This document shows positions 1 through 12,959 of a stretch of 64,000 nucleotides of DNA, piece after piece. This DNA comes from the human T2T-CHM13v2.0 reference genome, Homo sapiens: the NCBI RefSeq assembly GCF_009914755.1, contig NC_060945.1, one strand, 5' to 3'. The position numbers and the translations under genes were made by a program. Below the pieces are notes generated by a model. It was not told the origin of the DNA, did not search any database, and saw nothing but the letters and a program-made list of their open reading frames with translations. Within the stretch, counting starts at the first letter, position 1, and every line of letters starts with the position of its first letter.

Positions 1-494
1 TTTTCTATGAAGCCAGAACCAAAACATATGAGGACAACTGCATTTATACATATATCCATATTATATTTAGCATTCCATTTTTTTGGTCATAAACAACACT
101 GAGAGGTCTTAATAGTGTTCATTTTGTGATTTGATAAGAAACATATTCAAAATTCTGATGAGCAGATGTTTTCTGCGGTTTTTTTTTAGCTATCATCAAC
201 AATAGAGCTCCTTTAAGAGAATATCATGAAAATCATTTAGCTCTTATGTGTAGTATAAAATGTGATAGTTTAGATAGCATTGCAAATGAATGCTGACTAT
301 AGAAAAAAATGTTGGAGGAAAAAAGACAGAGTAGGCAAACAGAATTTTTAAAGATTTCTTGCTAGTTTTAATTTTGAAACAGGACTTTTCTCTGGCTACC
401 TTATATTGAAGACTTTTTGTGTGATTTCATCACTCTCATGACTGAAATCTCAGATTTTTATTTCTAGCCAAGATTTTTCTCTTAAATACACACA

Positions 495-625
495 CTGTAT
501 ATGTTATATTATTAATATGTTGTACATATTAATAATATAATAAAATATAAATTATATATGCATGTATCTATCTATATATACACACATATATATACACACA
601 TATAATTCTATATAATAGTATTTAA
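495..625. repeat. AT-rich low-complexity (TA/CA)n tract containing a 17-bp perfect inverted repeat
   Basis: Alternating TA/CA runs; arms ttatattattaatatgt (504-520) and acatattaataatataa (524-540). Confidence 0.85.
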
Positions 626-1230
626 TTTTTTTACATCACACTTTGAGGATGGACTTTGAGAAGGAAATGTCGGTGTGAGGAGTTTCATGGACCCATATGC
701 CAATGAAACAACAATGTCTGTTAAAAATTTTTAAAATAAAGTCTCTGGAAATTATCCTGAGCAGATAAAACCAACTAATAGACATTATTTTAAAAATACC
801 CTAAAATATAGTAAATCTCGGTAAGAACAAGGAAAATCTGTGTGCTTGAGCTTTAACCTACCAACTTTTTCTTTCCCCATCTCCCATTCTGGAATAATAG
901 AAACACCATTCTGGGTACTGTGGCCATGAAAATGGGATTCTCGCTTTCCTCAGCTACTAATCAGTAGAAGCAGAAAGCCTACAATTTTTAATCTACACAG
1001 TTTTTGGTGAAGAGTCTAAATTCCAGGCAAGTGTGTGGCTAAGAAATCTGTTGCTCCTTCCCTCTACTTGGCACCTCGGATTAAACAGCAGGCTATACCC
1101 CAAGTATGGCAGACTGAGAACACTGGGGTCGTTTATCATCATCCAGACCACTCATAAAGAGGAAAATGGATATGAGGAAGATGAGAGGCTGCCACCCTTG
1201 CCTAGCACCATACTTAGAAAACAGAGATGT

Positions 1231-1515
1231 CCCCAGCACTTTGGGAGGCTGAGGCGGGTGGATCATGAGGTCAGGAGTTCGAGACCAGCCTGACCAACAT
1301 GGTGAAACCCCATCTCTACTAAAAATACAAAAGTTAGCCAGGTGTGGTGGTGCGTGCCTGTAATCTCAGCTACTCAGGAGGCTGGGGCAGGAGAATCGCT
1401 TGAACACGGGAGCCAGAGGTCACAGTGAGCCGAGATCATGCCACTGCACTCTAGCCTGGGTGACAGAGCGAGCCTCTGTCTCAAAAAACAACAACAACAA
1501 CAAGAACAAAAAAAA
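1231..1515 (+). mobile_element. Alu (AluS, Sg-like), 5'-truncated
   Basis: Starts at cccagcactttgggagg; two arms; (AAC)n/A tail; degenerate TSD aaacagagatgtcc / aaccagaggtgtcc. Confidence 0.95.
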
Positions 1516-2417
1516 CCAGAGGTGTCCTATTGAGAGTAGCATGATGCTTTCCCACCCCCATTCCTGGATCAGTAATTCAGAGATAGTGCCCAGGAGAAGA
1601 GGCTGGCCTTAAGAACAGAGCTCCAACTTCTCCGCAGATGAGCTGACTTTAGTTGGAAAACAGTGTAAGTAAGTTCAAGACCAAAGGTACTCATAGAAAC
1701 AATGGAGACTTCTTTAGCAAGCAATTAGTAGGGCTATGACAACCCAGTGGGAGAAACAGCGAAACCTTAGGGCAGCTAGGGTACCAGAGGCAATTAGAGA
1801 AAGAACAGAGAAAAAAAAAAAAACCTCCTTGTGGTATAAAAATAAATCTCCAAGACTGGTCCCAGTCTTTTACTGGCCTAACCTGTAATAACAAAGGTGG
1901 CAGTAATTATTTGTTTTAGGCTTTGAAACAATTTATATAGCAGAACATTTTTTAAAACAACCGGTAAAATAATCGGTACTTAATGGAGCCTAACAGTTGG
2001 GTATGATATAGTGAGCTATGATGCAGACAGCATAACAGTGACATCAGGAAAGAGAAAGTCAAAGAAAGCCCTGGTAAAACCACTGTCAGCTAAGATGACA
2101 GAGAAACAAATGAAGAAAACCAAAAATTTCAAACAAACAGGTTACTATAAAGAACTCAACAAATATGTGTTTATTTTTTCTTATTTTGTTTTTTAAAAGA
2201 CAAAATTGCATAAACTAATAATTGTAGCAATATATTGTTGGCTTTCTAACATAGGTAGATAGAATATGCATAGCAACGATATCACAAAAAGGAGGACGGA
2301 GAAAAAGAGCTCTATATGGGTAAGGCCTCCACATTTTGGTTTCTCACTAGAGTTAATATAAATCTGAAGTACATTCTAACAAGATAAGATGAATGTAATA
2401 AACTCTAGACCAGCCAC

Positions 2418-3247
2418 TGCTGGGGCTCAGAATATGACACCCTAAAACCTGGCACCTTTGAATAAGCAGAAAGGTCATTCTGAGCCTTTGTTTTGTTTTG
2501 CTCCCCTGAGATTATAAAAAAACAATTGTGCCTCCTGTCTCCCCTGAAGACCCTCATGTGAGAGGTGTTCTGCCTTATGCCCAGAGGAAAAGAATAAACA
2601 CACAGAGACACAGAGAAGAATCTGAGCAAACAGGCCATGCTAAGTTACCTCCTCTTTATTACTATTAGATCATACTCTTTTTGTCCAATCGCACATTTAT
2701 GTGACTGTTCATTCTTCAGTAAACCTAACTATAAAAATACAGAATTTTCCTTGGGTCTTTGATCTTCATTTTTCAAGATGTTTGTAGTACATAAAGTTTT
2801 TTGTTTGTTTGTTTGTTTGTTTGTTTGTTTTTGTGACAGCGTCTTGCTCTGTCACCCATGCTGGAGTGCAGCGATGTGATCTCAGCTCATTACAACCTCC
2901 GCCTCCCAGGTTCAAGTGATTCTCATGCCTAAGTGTCCCAAGTAGCTGGAATTACAGGCATGCACCATCATGCCTAGCTAATTTTTTTATTTTTAGTAGC
3001 AATGGGGTTTTGCCATATTCATATTGGCCAGGCTGGTCTCAAACTCATGGCCTCAAGTGATCCGTGCACCTCAGCCTTCCAATGTGCTGGGATTACAGAC
3101 AAGAGCCATCACACCCAGTTTCTGTCACATAAAACTTTGGTAAAATAAATTTATTATGCTTTTCTCTTGTCAATCTGTCTTTTGTTGTAGAGATACTAGC
3201 CATGATCTTATAGTGGTGAGAAAAAGATTACTTTTTCCTCTGCTACT
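2418..3247 (+). mobile_element. ERV1-class solo LTR (MER34/MER39-like), interrupted by an Alu
   Basis: Starts tgctggggctcagaa; motif agaagaatctgagcaaacaggcc; 4-bp TSD ccac (2414-2417, 3248-3251); removing it rejoins the host L1 sequence. Confidence 0.8.
2797..3120 (-). mobile_element. Alu (AluJb/Sz-like) inside the MER34-like LTR
   Basis: (TTTG)n tail followed by gacagcgtcttgctctgtcacc...gggattacag. Confidence 0.95.
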
Positions 3248-3805
3248 CCACTAAGAAAAAATTCAAAAATTATAAAGGATAAAAGCACTAAAGAATTAAG
3301 ATGTTACAGTAGAAAATAATCACAATTCGAAGGAAAGCAGTAAAGAAGAACAGAGTAGCAAAAAAGATAGAAAACAAAGAAAAAAGTTAATTGGTAGATG
3401 TAAGTCTATTATATGAATAATAACATTAATAATTATGGATCAAAAAAAGTTCAATCTAAGGCAATGATTGCCAGGATAAATAAGTAAAAATAGGGCCTAA
3501 CTATATGCTGTCTACAGGATACATAATTTAGCCACAAGATAAAAATAGCTTGAAAGCAGAGACATACAAAAATCTATATCATGCAAACAGCAAACATAAG
3601 GAACTTAAAATGGATATACTAACATCAAACAAAAGTATAATTTAAACAAAAGATGTTTAAGACATAAATTGATTAAAGGGTGAATTAATTATGATATAAA
3701 TACTATCAATATACACGCATCTAACAACAGAGTTGCAAAGTACAGGACGCAAAAATTAACAGGGAGATATAGACAAAAAAAATAGTGGTTGAAGACTTCG
3801 ATAAG

Positions 3806-4743
3806 TATCATGGTTAATTTTGTGTTAAACTTGACTGAGCCATGGAATGTCCAGAGAGCCGGTTGAACATTATTTCTGGGTGTGTCTGTGAGGGTGTTTC
3901 CAAACCCAGAATCCAGAAGGCCAGCCTTCAAGCCCAGACTGAATTCTGTGCCAGGAGAAGCATCAGAGCCCTGGCATCAGGAACTGGCCAATTTGCAGGT
4001 TGGTAAAAAGAATTTACCAACTACAGTATAGGTTTGAAAAAGGAAAGTTTATTAGAAAGCACGCTGCAAAAGGGTGCAGTGGGGGCACCTCTGCATGAGA
4101 GGACTGAGTGTGCCATGGCGGATTTTCCTTAGGAGCATTTATGGACCTTCAGGAAGAAACTTGAGGATAATTTGGACCACACTAGTCAGGTTTGTCATGA
4201 TACATGATTACATTTGTAGTAATTTTGGTGCCTTAATGTAAGCATGGGTTGCAAAATGAGTTGTGGCATGGCATTCTGGAGAAGAATAGAAATTCTAGTT
4301 ATAAATTTTACGTTGAAAAGAGGCCTGGAACCAGATGCTGACTTTAGATGCTAGGGAAGTTTAAGTACTTTTAAATTCCCGCAGATAAGGAGTTTTGCCT
4401 CCAAATGACCTGTTTGATGGTCATCAGGTGGTCTTTGCTCTCTTCTAAATTCCTCAGATAAAGAGTTTTTGTCTCATGTCCTGTTCAATGGTCACCAGGT
4501 GATTTTCGCTCTCCTCATTCTTCACTATTGGCTCTCTGGCTCTCAGGTCTACTAACCACACCACCAACATTTCTGGGTCTCCAGTTTGCAAACAGCAGCT
4601 TGTGTGATGTCTCAGCCTTCATATTCATGTGAGACAATAGGCTAGAATAAGAGAAAGATATAAAGAAGGAGATGATAGATACATAGATAGATAGATAAGA
4701 GATAGATAATATATTGTTTCTCCAGAGAACTCTGAATAACACA
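3806..4743 (+). mobile_element. ERVL LTR (MLT2C/D-like), interrupted by a second LTR
   Basis: tatcatggttaattttgtg...ctgggtgtgtctgtgagggtgtt at the 5' end; ctgggtctccagtttgc...gagaactctgaataacaca at the 3' end; internal (GATA)n at 4671-4708. Confidence 0.85.
3949..4517 (-). mobile_element. Solo LTR (LTR47-like) nested in MLT2
   Basis: TG...CA termini; approximate 5-bp TSD ttctg/ttctt; minus strand begins tgaggagagcgaaaatcacctggtgacc; minus-strand AATAAA (tttatt ~4048); internal ~73-bp tandem duplication. Confidence 0.7.
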
Positions 4744-5247
4744 AATATAAAATATTCAATAAGGAATGGAAAAATTGTTCAGAACAACAAGGAAAAAGAA
4801 AACTTAAATAACACAATTAGCCAACTAGATCTAATTGCTAGATCTCATAGTGATATATAGAAAACAACACCAAACAACAACAAAATACACATTCTCTCAA
4901 GTGTACACGGAACATTCTCCATGATAGACCATAGCCAGGCCACAAAATAAGACAATAAAATTTAAAAGATTTGAATCACACAATGTATGCTCTGAGTCCA
5001 TAACATAAGGGAATTGGAAATTAATAACAAATAAATTTGGAAAATTTCCAGATATATACAAGTTAAGTATAATACTAATAAAAAAAACCAGTGGTTCAAA
5101 GGAGAAATCACAATAGGAATTAGAGAACATTGAGATAAATAAAAATAAAGACAACATAACAGAAGTCATGGGCTGCACCTAAATCAGTGCATAGAGGGAA
5201 ATTTATAGCTGTAAATGCCTCTGTAAAAAAAGAGAAAGATCTCAAAT

Positions 5248-5603
5248 TATTATGGGGTGAATTTTGTATCCCTCAATATTCACATGTTAAAGTGTTAGCT
5301 CCCATTACCACAGAAAATGATTGTATTTATAGTCTTTAAAAAGGTAACAAAGATGAAATGAAATCATTAAGGCAGACCCTAATCCAATATGACTGGATAC
5401 AGACAGGTACACAGGGAAGACTATGTAAGACTCAGGAAAAAGGCATCTACCAGCCAAAGAGTGAGACCTCAGAAGAAACCAATGCTGTCAACACCTTGAT
5501 CTTAGAATTGAAGCCTCCAGAAATGTTAGGCTGTGATACTTTGTTTTGTGATACTAGTTTTGATACTCGTTTATGATACTTTGTTTTGTTTTGTGATATG
5601 TAG
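5248..5603 (+). mobile_element. MaLR LTR (MLT1B-like)
   Basis: tattatggggtgaatt...ccctaatccaatatgactgg...cctcagaagaaaccaatgctgtcaacaccttgatc; possible 5-bp TSD caaat. Confidence 0.85.
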
Positions 5604-6971
5604 CAAATTAATAATTTAAACTTCTACCATAAGGCACTGGAAAAAGAGAGAAAACTGAATTCAAAGTAAGCAGAAGAAAGAAAACAACAAATACTGGTGT
5701 GAAAATCAATAAAATAGCAAAAAGAAGTGATAAACAAAAAATTTGTCCTTTGTAAAGGCAAATATCTACAAATATTTGGCTAGAGTGACCAAGAAATGAG
5801 AGAAAACTCAAATTATTACTATCAATAATGAAAGAACATTACTACTGTTCTTATATAAGTTTTTTAAAGATTATAAAGCAATATTGTAAGCATTAGATAA
5901 CTTAGAGAAAGTGAAAAATAGACAAAATTAACAAAACTGACTTAGGAACAAATACTCAATCTGAACTGACCTACAAGGAAAATGATTGAATTAGTGATTG
6001 AAAAAAAAAATTACAACAAAGAAAAACCCAGATACAGATGACTTCAGAAGTGAATTCTAGCATACATTTGATGAAAAATTAATAGAAATTCTTCACAAAC
6101 TCTTTCAAAAATCAGAAACAAAGAGAACAGTTCACAACCCACTTTATAAGGCTTAATTAGTTTAATACCAAACTCAAACAAAGACATGGTAGGAAAATAA
6201 ATCTACAAACCAATGTCTCTTATGAATATAGACACAAAACATTCTCAGAAGAATATTACCACATCAAATCCAGCAATAAATAAGAAGAATTATGCACCAA
6301 AACTTGGGGGTGGGGAATTTACCCAAGGAATGTAAGGTTGTTACCATATCAAAAAAAAAATCAAATAATGCTGTGAGCCATATTATTAGAACACATGACA
6401 CATACACACAGCATTATACAGGAAACACTAGCCAGGGCAGTTAGGAAAGAAAAGAAAGGCATAAGTTAAAACTGAAAACAATATAATAGTCCCTATGAGA
6501 AAATAACCTAATTTTATATTTGAAAAATCCTAAAACGTCTAGTACAAACGAATAATATCTTTGGCAACTAATAAATACAATTGAAAAGATTTCAGGACAT
6601 AAGATCAATATATAAAAATAAACTATTTCCAGTGAACAGTCAAAAGTAAGATTGAGAAAATAATTCCAAAGGAATAAAATAGAATAAAATATCTAGAAAT
6701 AAATTTACACAAGGAAATGAAAAACTTGTATATTTAGAACTGTACCCCATTGCTGAAAAAAATTAAGAAGGCTTAATTTAATTTTAAATATCACATATTC
6801 ATAAATTATGAGACAATACTGTTAAGTTGACAATACTCATCAAAGTGATCTACAGATTCAATTCAATCTCTATCACAATTCTGACAGCTTTGTGAAGAAA
6901 TGTAAATGTCAATACTCAAATTATTATGGAATTACAAGGGGCCCTGAATGACAAAACAACATTTTAAAAGA

Positions 6972-7273
6972 TATCTGGTGAAGTAGCTCATACCTGTAAC
7001 CCCAGTACTTTGGGAGGCCTAGGCAGGAGGATCACTTGAGCCCAGGAGTTTGAGACTAATGTGGGTAGCATAGTGAGAGCTCTTCTTTACAAAAATATTT
7101 AAAAAGTAGCCAGGCATGGTGGTGCATGCCTGTGGTCCCAGCTACTTGGGAGGCTGAGGTGTTTATTGCTTAAGCCTGGGAGCTCAAGGCTGCAGTGAGC
7201 TCTGATGGCACCATTACACTCCAGCCTTGTTTGGCAGAAGAAGACCCTGTCTCAAAAGAAAAGAAAAAAAAAA
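6972..7273 (+). mobile_element. AluJ
   Basis: ggaggatcacttgagcccaggagtttgag (J-type) and poly-A tail. Confidence 0.93.
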
Positions 7274-8112
7274 ACTGGAGGAGTGTTACTTTCTATTTCA
7301 AAACTACTAGCAATATTATGTTGTACCAAAATAAGGTCAGACATATCGATGAAGGGAATAGAACTGATAGTCCATAAATCAACCCTTATATTAACAATCA
7401 ATTGATTTTCAACAAGGTTGCCAAGAAAATTCAATTGAGAAAGAATATTCTTTTCAATAAATGATTGGACAACGTAAGCACATGTAAATAAGTTGGAACC
7501 TTTCCTCACACCATATACAAACATTAATTCAAAATGTATTACAGACCAAAATGTTAAGAGATAAAGAACTCAGAAAAATACATTAGTAAATATTCATGGC
7601 TTTGGATTAAGCAAAGCCTTCTTAGATATCACACCAAAAGCACAAATAACAAGAAGAGAAATTTGGACTTTATCAAAATTAAAAACATTTGTTCTTCAAA
7701 GGATATCATCAAGACTGCAACCATAATTCACAGAATTTGAGGAAATGTTTGCATATTATAAACCTGATAAAGGATTTGAATTCTAAACTCTGACAACTCA
7801 ATAGTAAATATGTAAATAAGGCAATCCCAAATGAGCTTATGATTTTTTAAATACTTATATATGCAAATGACCAATAAGCACATGGATAAATGCTCAACAT
7901 CATTGCTATTAGATACATGTGAATCAATCCCACAATGAGATACCACTTCACACCCATATATGGCTATAATTTAAAAGACAGATTAAAAAAGAGACAGATA
8001 AGTGTTAGTAAGGATGTGGAGAAATTGAAATCCTAGTATGATGTTGGTAAAATTGTAAGATGGTGAAGAAAGTTTAAAAAGCAGTTTGGAAGTTCATTAA
8101 AAAGCTAAACCT

Positions 8113-8421
8113 GGCCGGGCTCGTGGCTCACGCCCGTAATCCCAGCACTTTAGGAGGCCGAGGCGGGCAGATCACAAGGTCGGCAGATCAAGACCATCCT
8201 GGCTAACACGGTGAAACCCCGTCTCTACTAATAATACAAAAAATTAGCCGGGCGTGCTGGCGGGTGCCTGTAGTCCCAGCTTTTCGGGAGGCTGAGGCAG
8301 AATGACATGAACCCGGGAGGCGGAGCTTGCAGTGAGCCGAGATCGCACCACTGCACTCCAGCCTGGGCGACAGAGCGAGACTCCGTTTCAAAAAATAAAA
8401 ATAAAAATAAAAAAATAAAAA
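8113..8421 (+). mobile_element. AluY
   Basis: Diagnostic gaccatcctggctaacacggtg and ggagcttgcagtgagccgagatcgcacc; (A5T)n tail. Confidence 0.96.
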
Positions 8422-9174
8422 TATCCAAACTTTAGAGTTACTATATGACCTAGCAATTCCATTCCTAAGTATATGTCAAAGAGAAAATAAAACATGTCCA
8501 TACAAAAATGCACAACAGTGTTCGTAGCAGTATTATTAGTAATAGTTAAAAATAATGGAAACAACTCATATATCCACAACCAAGTAAGTAAATGTGTTAT
8601 GTCCATACAATAAAGTAAGTAAAATGTTATATCTCCATACAATGAAATATTAAGCAATAATAAGTAATAAAGTATTGATACATGCTACAACAAAATGAAT
8701 CTTGCTAAATTAAAGGAGCCAGCAGCCAAAGACCACATGTTATGTGATTAAATTTACATGAAACATGAAGAATAGGAAAATCCATAGAGACACAAAGTAA
8801 ATTTTCAATTGCCTAGGTGGGGAAGGTAGAGGAGAAATTGACGCATAGTTTATGGATGTGGTGTTTTGGGGAGGGTAATGTAAGTATTCTAAACTTGATT
8901 GTGGTCATGGTTTCACAACTCTGCGAATATGATAAAAAGAAAAAACATTGAATTATACACTTTAAATAGTTGAATTGTATACTTTATGAATTACACATCA
9001 GTAAAGCTGTTATATAACAAAAACCATTCAGTAAAACAGTGTCTTTATAATTTATATTATACATATGAAAACAGTAAGACAGGTGCGGTGATAACTTTTA
9101 AAAAGCCAATTGAAGAGTTAGGAGTAGAGTCCATGTTTGTCTAATTCTGTCTTCTTGCTGTGGTCTAGATGTTA

Positions 9175-9490
9175 CTGTATATCTCCAACTGGATGTCCCA
9201 TAGACATCCAATATCATCAAATGTGGAATTAAATCAAATATAATGTTCTTGTCACATAAAGCAGCTGCCTTCTCAATATTTTCTGTTTTCCTTACTTTTT
9301 AAAATGAAACCACCTTGGATATCCCCTAAAGCACATCACTCTCCTTCATTCCTTCTGTTTCACCAAACCCTATCAATTAGACCATCTTGACCATCTGGCT
9401 CTCTTCTCTGAGCCTTTCATGGTCTCATATTTGCCTGAATTACTGTAACTCTTCCTTCTTTTAATCTCAACTTCTCTAATCCATTCTAAA
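9175..9490 (+). mobile_element. L2 LINE relic
   Basis: atctccaactggatgtcccatagacatc matches the L2 3' ORF region; pyrimidine-rich continuation. Confidence 0.55.
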
Positions 9491-9521
9491 AATAACATCT
9501 TATTTATCTATTGCTGTACAG

Positions 9522-10520
9522 AAAAGAACTTCTGCACAGCAAAAGAAACTATCCACAGAGTCAGCAGACAAACTACAGAATGGTAGAAAATATTTGCAAG
9601 CTATGCAACTGACAAAGGTCTAATATCTAGCATCTATAAGGAGCTTAAACAGATTTACAAGAAAAAAAGCCATTAAAAAGTGGGCAAATGACATAAGCAT
9701 ACACTTTTCAAAAGAAGGCATACATGTGGCCAACAAACATATTAAAAAATATTCAACATCGCTAATAATTAGACTGTAAATCAAAACCACAATGACATAC
9801 CATCTCACACCAGTCAGAACGACTGTTATTATTAAAAAGTCAAAAAATAACAGATGCTGGTAAGGTTGTGGAGGAAAATCAACACTTATCCACAGCTGGT
9901 GGGGGTGTAAGTTAGTTCAGCCATTGTGGAAAGCAGTGTGGCATTTCCTCAAAGAACTTAAAACAGAATTACCATTCGACCCAGCAATCTTATTACTGGG
10001 TATATACCCAAAGTAATATTAATCATTCTACCACAGAGACACATGCATGCATATGTTCATTGCAGCACTATTCACAATAGCAAAGACACAGAATCAACCT
10101 AAATACCTATCAACAGCAGACTGGATAAAGAAAGTGTGGTATACATACACCATGGAATACTATGCATCCATAAAAAAGAATGAGATAATGTCCTTTTTAG
10201 CAAAAAGGATGGAGCTGGAGGCCATTATCTTAAGCAAACTAACATAGGACCAGAAAACTACATACAGCATGTTCTCACTTATAAGTGGAAGCAAAACAAG
10301 AAGAACACATGGATATTAGGAGGCATAAACAGACACTGGGACCTACTTGATAGTGGAGGATGGGAGAAGGGAGAGGATCAGAAAAAATAACTGTTGAGTA
10401 CTGTGCTAATTACCTGGGTGATGAAATTATCTGTACAACAAACCCCTGTGACATGTAATTTACCTATATAAAAAATCTGCACATGTATCCTTGTACATAA
10501 AATAAAAATTAGAAAATAAG
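9522..10520 (+). mobile_element. LINE-1 3' fragment (L1PA15/16-like)
   Basis: ORF 10047-10247 (MFIAALFTIAK...WIKKVWYTYTMEYY) is the ORF2 C-terminus; 3' UTR gggagaggatcagaaaaaataac...; A tail. Confidence 0.93.
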
Positions 10521-10725
10521 AAAACCACTTTAAAACTCAGTTGCTAAAAACAACAACAGTTTGTTATTTCTTATGATTCTATAGAAGAGTTGGGTTCACT
10601 TGGTTGGTTCTTTCCTAGGTTTCTACTGTGGTTCCTCAGATGCTATTTCAGTCTGAGACTAAAGGGTCTAAGGTGTTCACGTCAGGAGACTTGGTGCTGG
10701 CTGATGGCTGAGGCTTTCTCCATGT

Positions 10726-11322
10726 TGTGAAAGAAAAATAAATCCTGGGACCCCAAAATCACTAAGCCAAGGGGCAAGTCAAGCTGGAAACTATGTCAGG
10801 CAAACCTGCCTCGCATTTTATTCCTAAATAACATAGCTACAAAGATAAGAAGCTTCATATCTTCCTCACAATTTGCCCACAAAGAAATTCCTTGTGGACG
10901 TAGGACAGACAGAACTCAAAGTCATCCCTTTGCTTATGTGAGACTAATGCATATCTGATTGTTTCCTTTGCCTTATTGTTTCACTAAGCCAGGTTAAGGC
11001 ATAAGGGACTATTCCTGTAAGTTACATATTCACTAGAAGGCTAATCAGAAATTCAAAAGAATGCAATCATTTGTCTTTTATCTACCCCTGACCCAGAAAC
11101 CCCCTCCCCTATTCGAGTTGTCCCCCTTTTCTGTACTGAAACAATTACATCTTACATATATTGATTGATGTCTTCTGTCTCCCTAAAATGTATAAAACCA
11201 AGCTGTGCCCTGACTACCTTTGGCTCATGTGGTAGGCCCTCCTGAGGCTTTTCACAGGCGTGTCTTTAACCTTGGCAAAATAAGCTTTCTAAATTGATTG
11301 AGAACTGTCTTCTTGGTTTATA
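10726..11322 (+). mobile_element. ERV1 solo LTR MER4A-like
   Basis: tgtgaaagaaaaataaatcctgggaccccaaaatcactaagcc...ttggtttata; exact 4-bp TSD atgt (10722-10725, 11323-11326). Confidence 0.9.
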
Positions 11323-12959
11323 ATGTGATTTCTCATACTTTGTAATACTAGCCCAGCCTGCCTCACATGGTAGAGGGAGGAATTTCATAGAGTAGGCACA
11401 GAAGCTTCGAGGCCTTTTAAATTCTAGGGTCTGGAATTCACACAATATAATGTCTGCCCCATTCTGTTCACCAGAGTAAGTCCTAAATGCAACCCAGATT
11501 CAAGACTAAGGGAAATAGACTCCTTCCTTTGATAAAAGAAGCTGCAAGGAATGTTTAGTGCTTAATGAATATAATACATGTGGCAATGCTTAAGCAACCA
11601 AATAAATATGATTAAAAATTGCTTTGTTAATCCCAGTTGATGTTTACCCATGATCTACATGACAGTTACAGAGTATTATATAAATAACATACATTTATAA
11701 CAAAATAACATAAATTCAAGGTAAGAATATGTTTTAGCTAGCTGGCATCAAATATTGCAATTTAATATCTTGAGATGGGGAATGATATTTTTAGTTTCCC
11801 CTTCACTTTGTTTTGTTAAACATTTAAATTACTTGTCTATCCCTGTAGAAAACTGAATTTGTAATCTTTAGATTACAATGAAACCAAAAACTAAATTAAA
11901 AAAAATTATACTCCTAGCATGCTAAGCAATTCCCCATTCATATTCTCATTATATGACTTTTCAGCTAAATATTACTATTCCTCTCAGAAGTTTTACAAGT
12001 CACAAAAACTATTTGATTAATTATAACTTCCAGGCTTTGTGATGATAATGCACACCTCTTAGGAATAAGGAAGATGAATATCCAGTTCATTGGAAACAGA
12101 ACTGGGGAAGAAATAGGGATCTCAGTAGCAAAAATTTGGGCACCAGGTATTCAGAAGACTACCATCAAATGACTTAACCAAATCCTCAGGCATCTTTTCA
12201 GTTTCACATGCCTGAGAGATACTCTGTGGAATTTGCATGGATTCCTAAATCATCCTTAAGCCAAGGGAGTAACAGCAGTTGGGGCTGGCTAATGTCAGTC
12301 TCATCCCAATCACAATTGTCAGAGACACAGATGTCAGATGGACTAGTGGGGACAATGTAAAAGAAGAGAAAGGGAGAAACACTTGAAGTTGCCAGAATTT
12401 AGCGAGCTTTTCAAAAACACTACATCTCTGACTCTACCTTTGCTGTTCCTTCTGCCCAGAATTAACTATATAAATGCGTGGAACAGAAGGCTCTGAAGAT
12501 TCACTTCAACCTGACTTAATTTCAACAGAACACAATATTTTTCATATAGGAATATTTTAACAATACTCTGGAGGAACTGATTACATACTTATGTAGAATA
12601 GAATAGGAAAAATGGTAATATGATGAAAAGACTAGAATTTGCATTCCTATATTAGCACTTATTAGCCATGCATTTTTATTTTTAAAACAAATTACTTGCT
12701 ACCAGAATAAATAAAGCACCATCTTCCACAGTGATAAAACTTCAGAACCTTACAGGCTATATGGAGGATTTATCTGAGAACCCATATTTTTTTTCCTAGT
12801 ATGGAAATGGGAATTCAACTTCAACTCAAATGCATTCTGCTTGTCTCCAGGAAGCCTTGCCCTACACACTCTCAGCATCCTACCTACCAGGACAAACATT
12901 TTCTTGTAAAACCACCTGCCCAAAAACTTCACTTCATATTTCTGTTTCTACCTGTACAA

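Larger units (their letters stand above)
700..9015 (+). mobile_element. Ancient near-full-length LINE-1 (L1M; L1MDa-like 5' end, L1MB8/L1ME1-like 3' end), fragmented by nested insertions, ORF1 largely deleted
   Basis: Collinear A-rich L1 segments: 5' region (aagtctctggaaattatcct...ggtaagaacaagg), endonuclease start (ctatatgctgtctacaggatac ~3500), ORF2 (gacttcagaagtgaattctagc ~6040; gataccacttcacaccc ~7940) and L1M-type 3' end (tgaattgtatac...gtaaagctgtt ~9010). No intact ORF. Confidence 0.85.
9500..11550 (-). mobile_element. Old MaLR LTR (MLT1G-J-like) split by an L1PA and a MER4A insertion
   Basis: Pieces tatctattgctgtac (9505), aaaccactttaaaactcagttgctaaaaacaac (10522-10725) and ttctgttcaccagagtaagtc...cccagattcaag...gggaaatagactcc (11327-11550). 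Confidence 0.7.
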
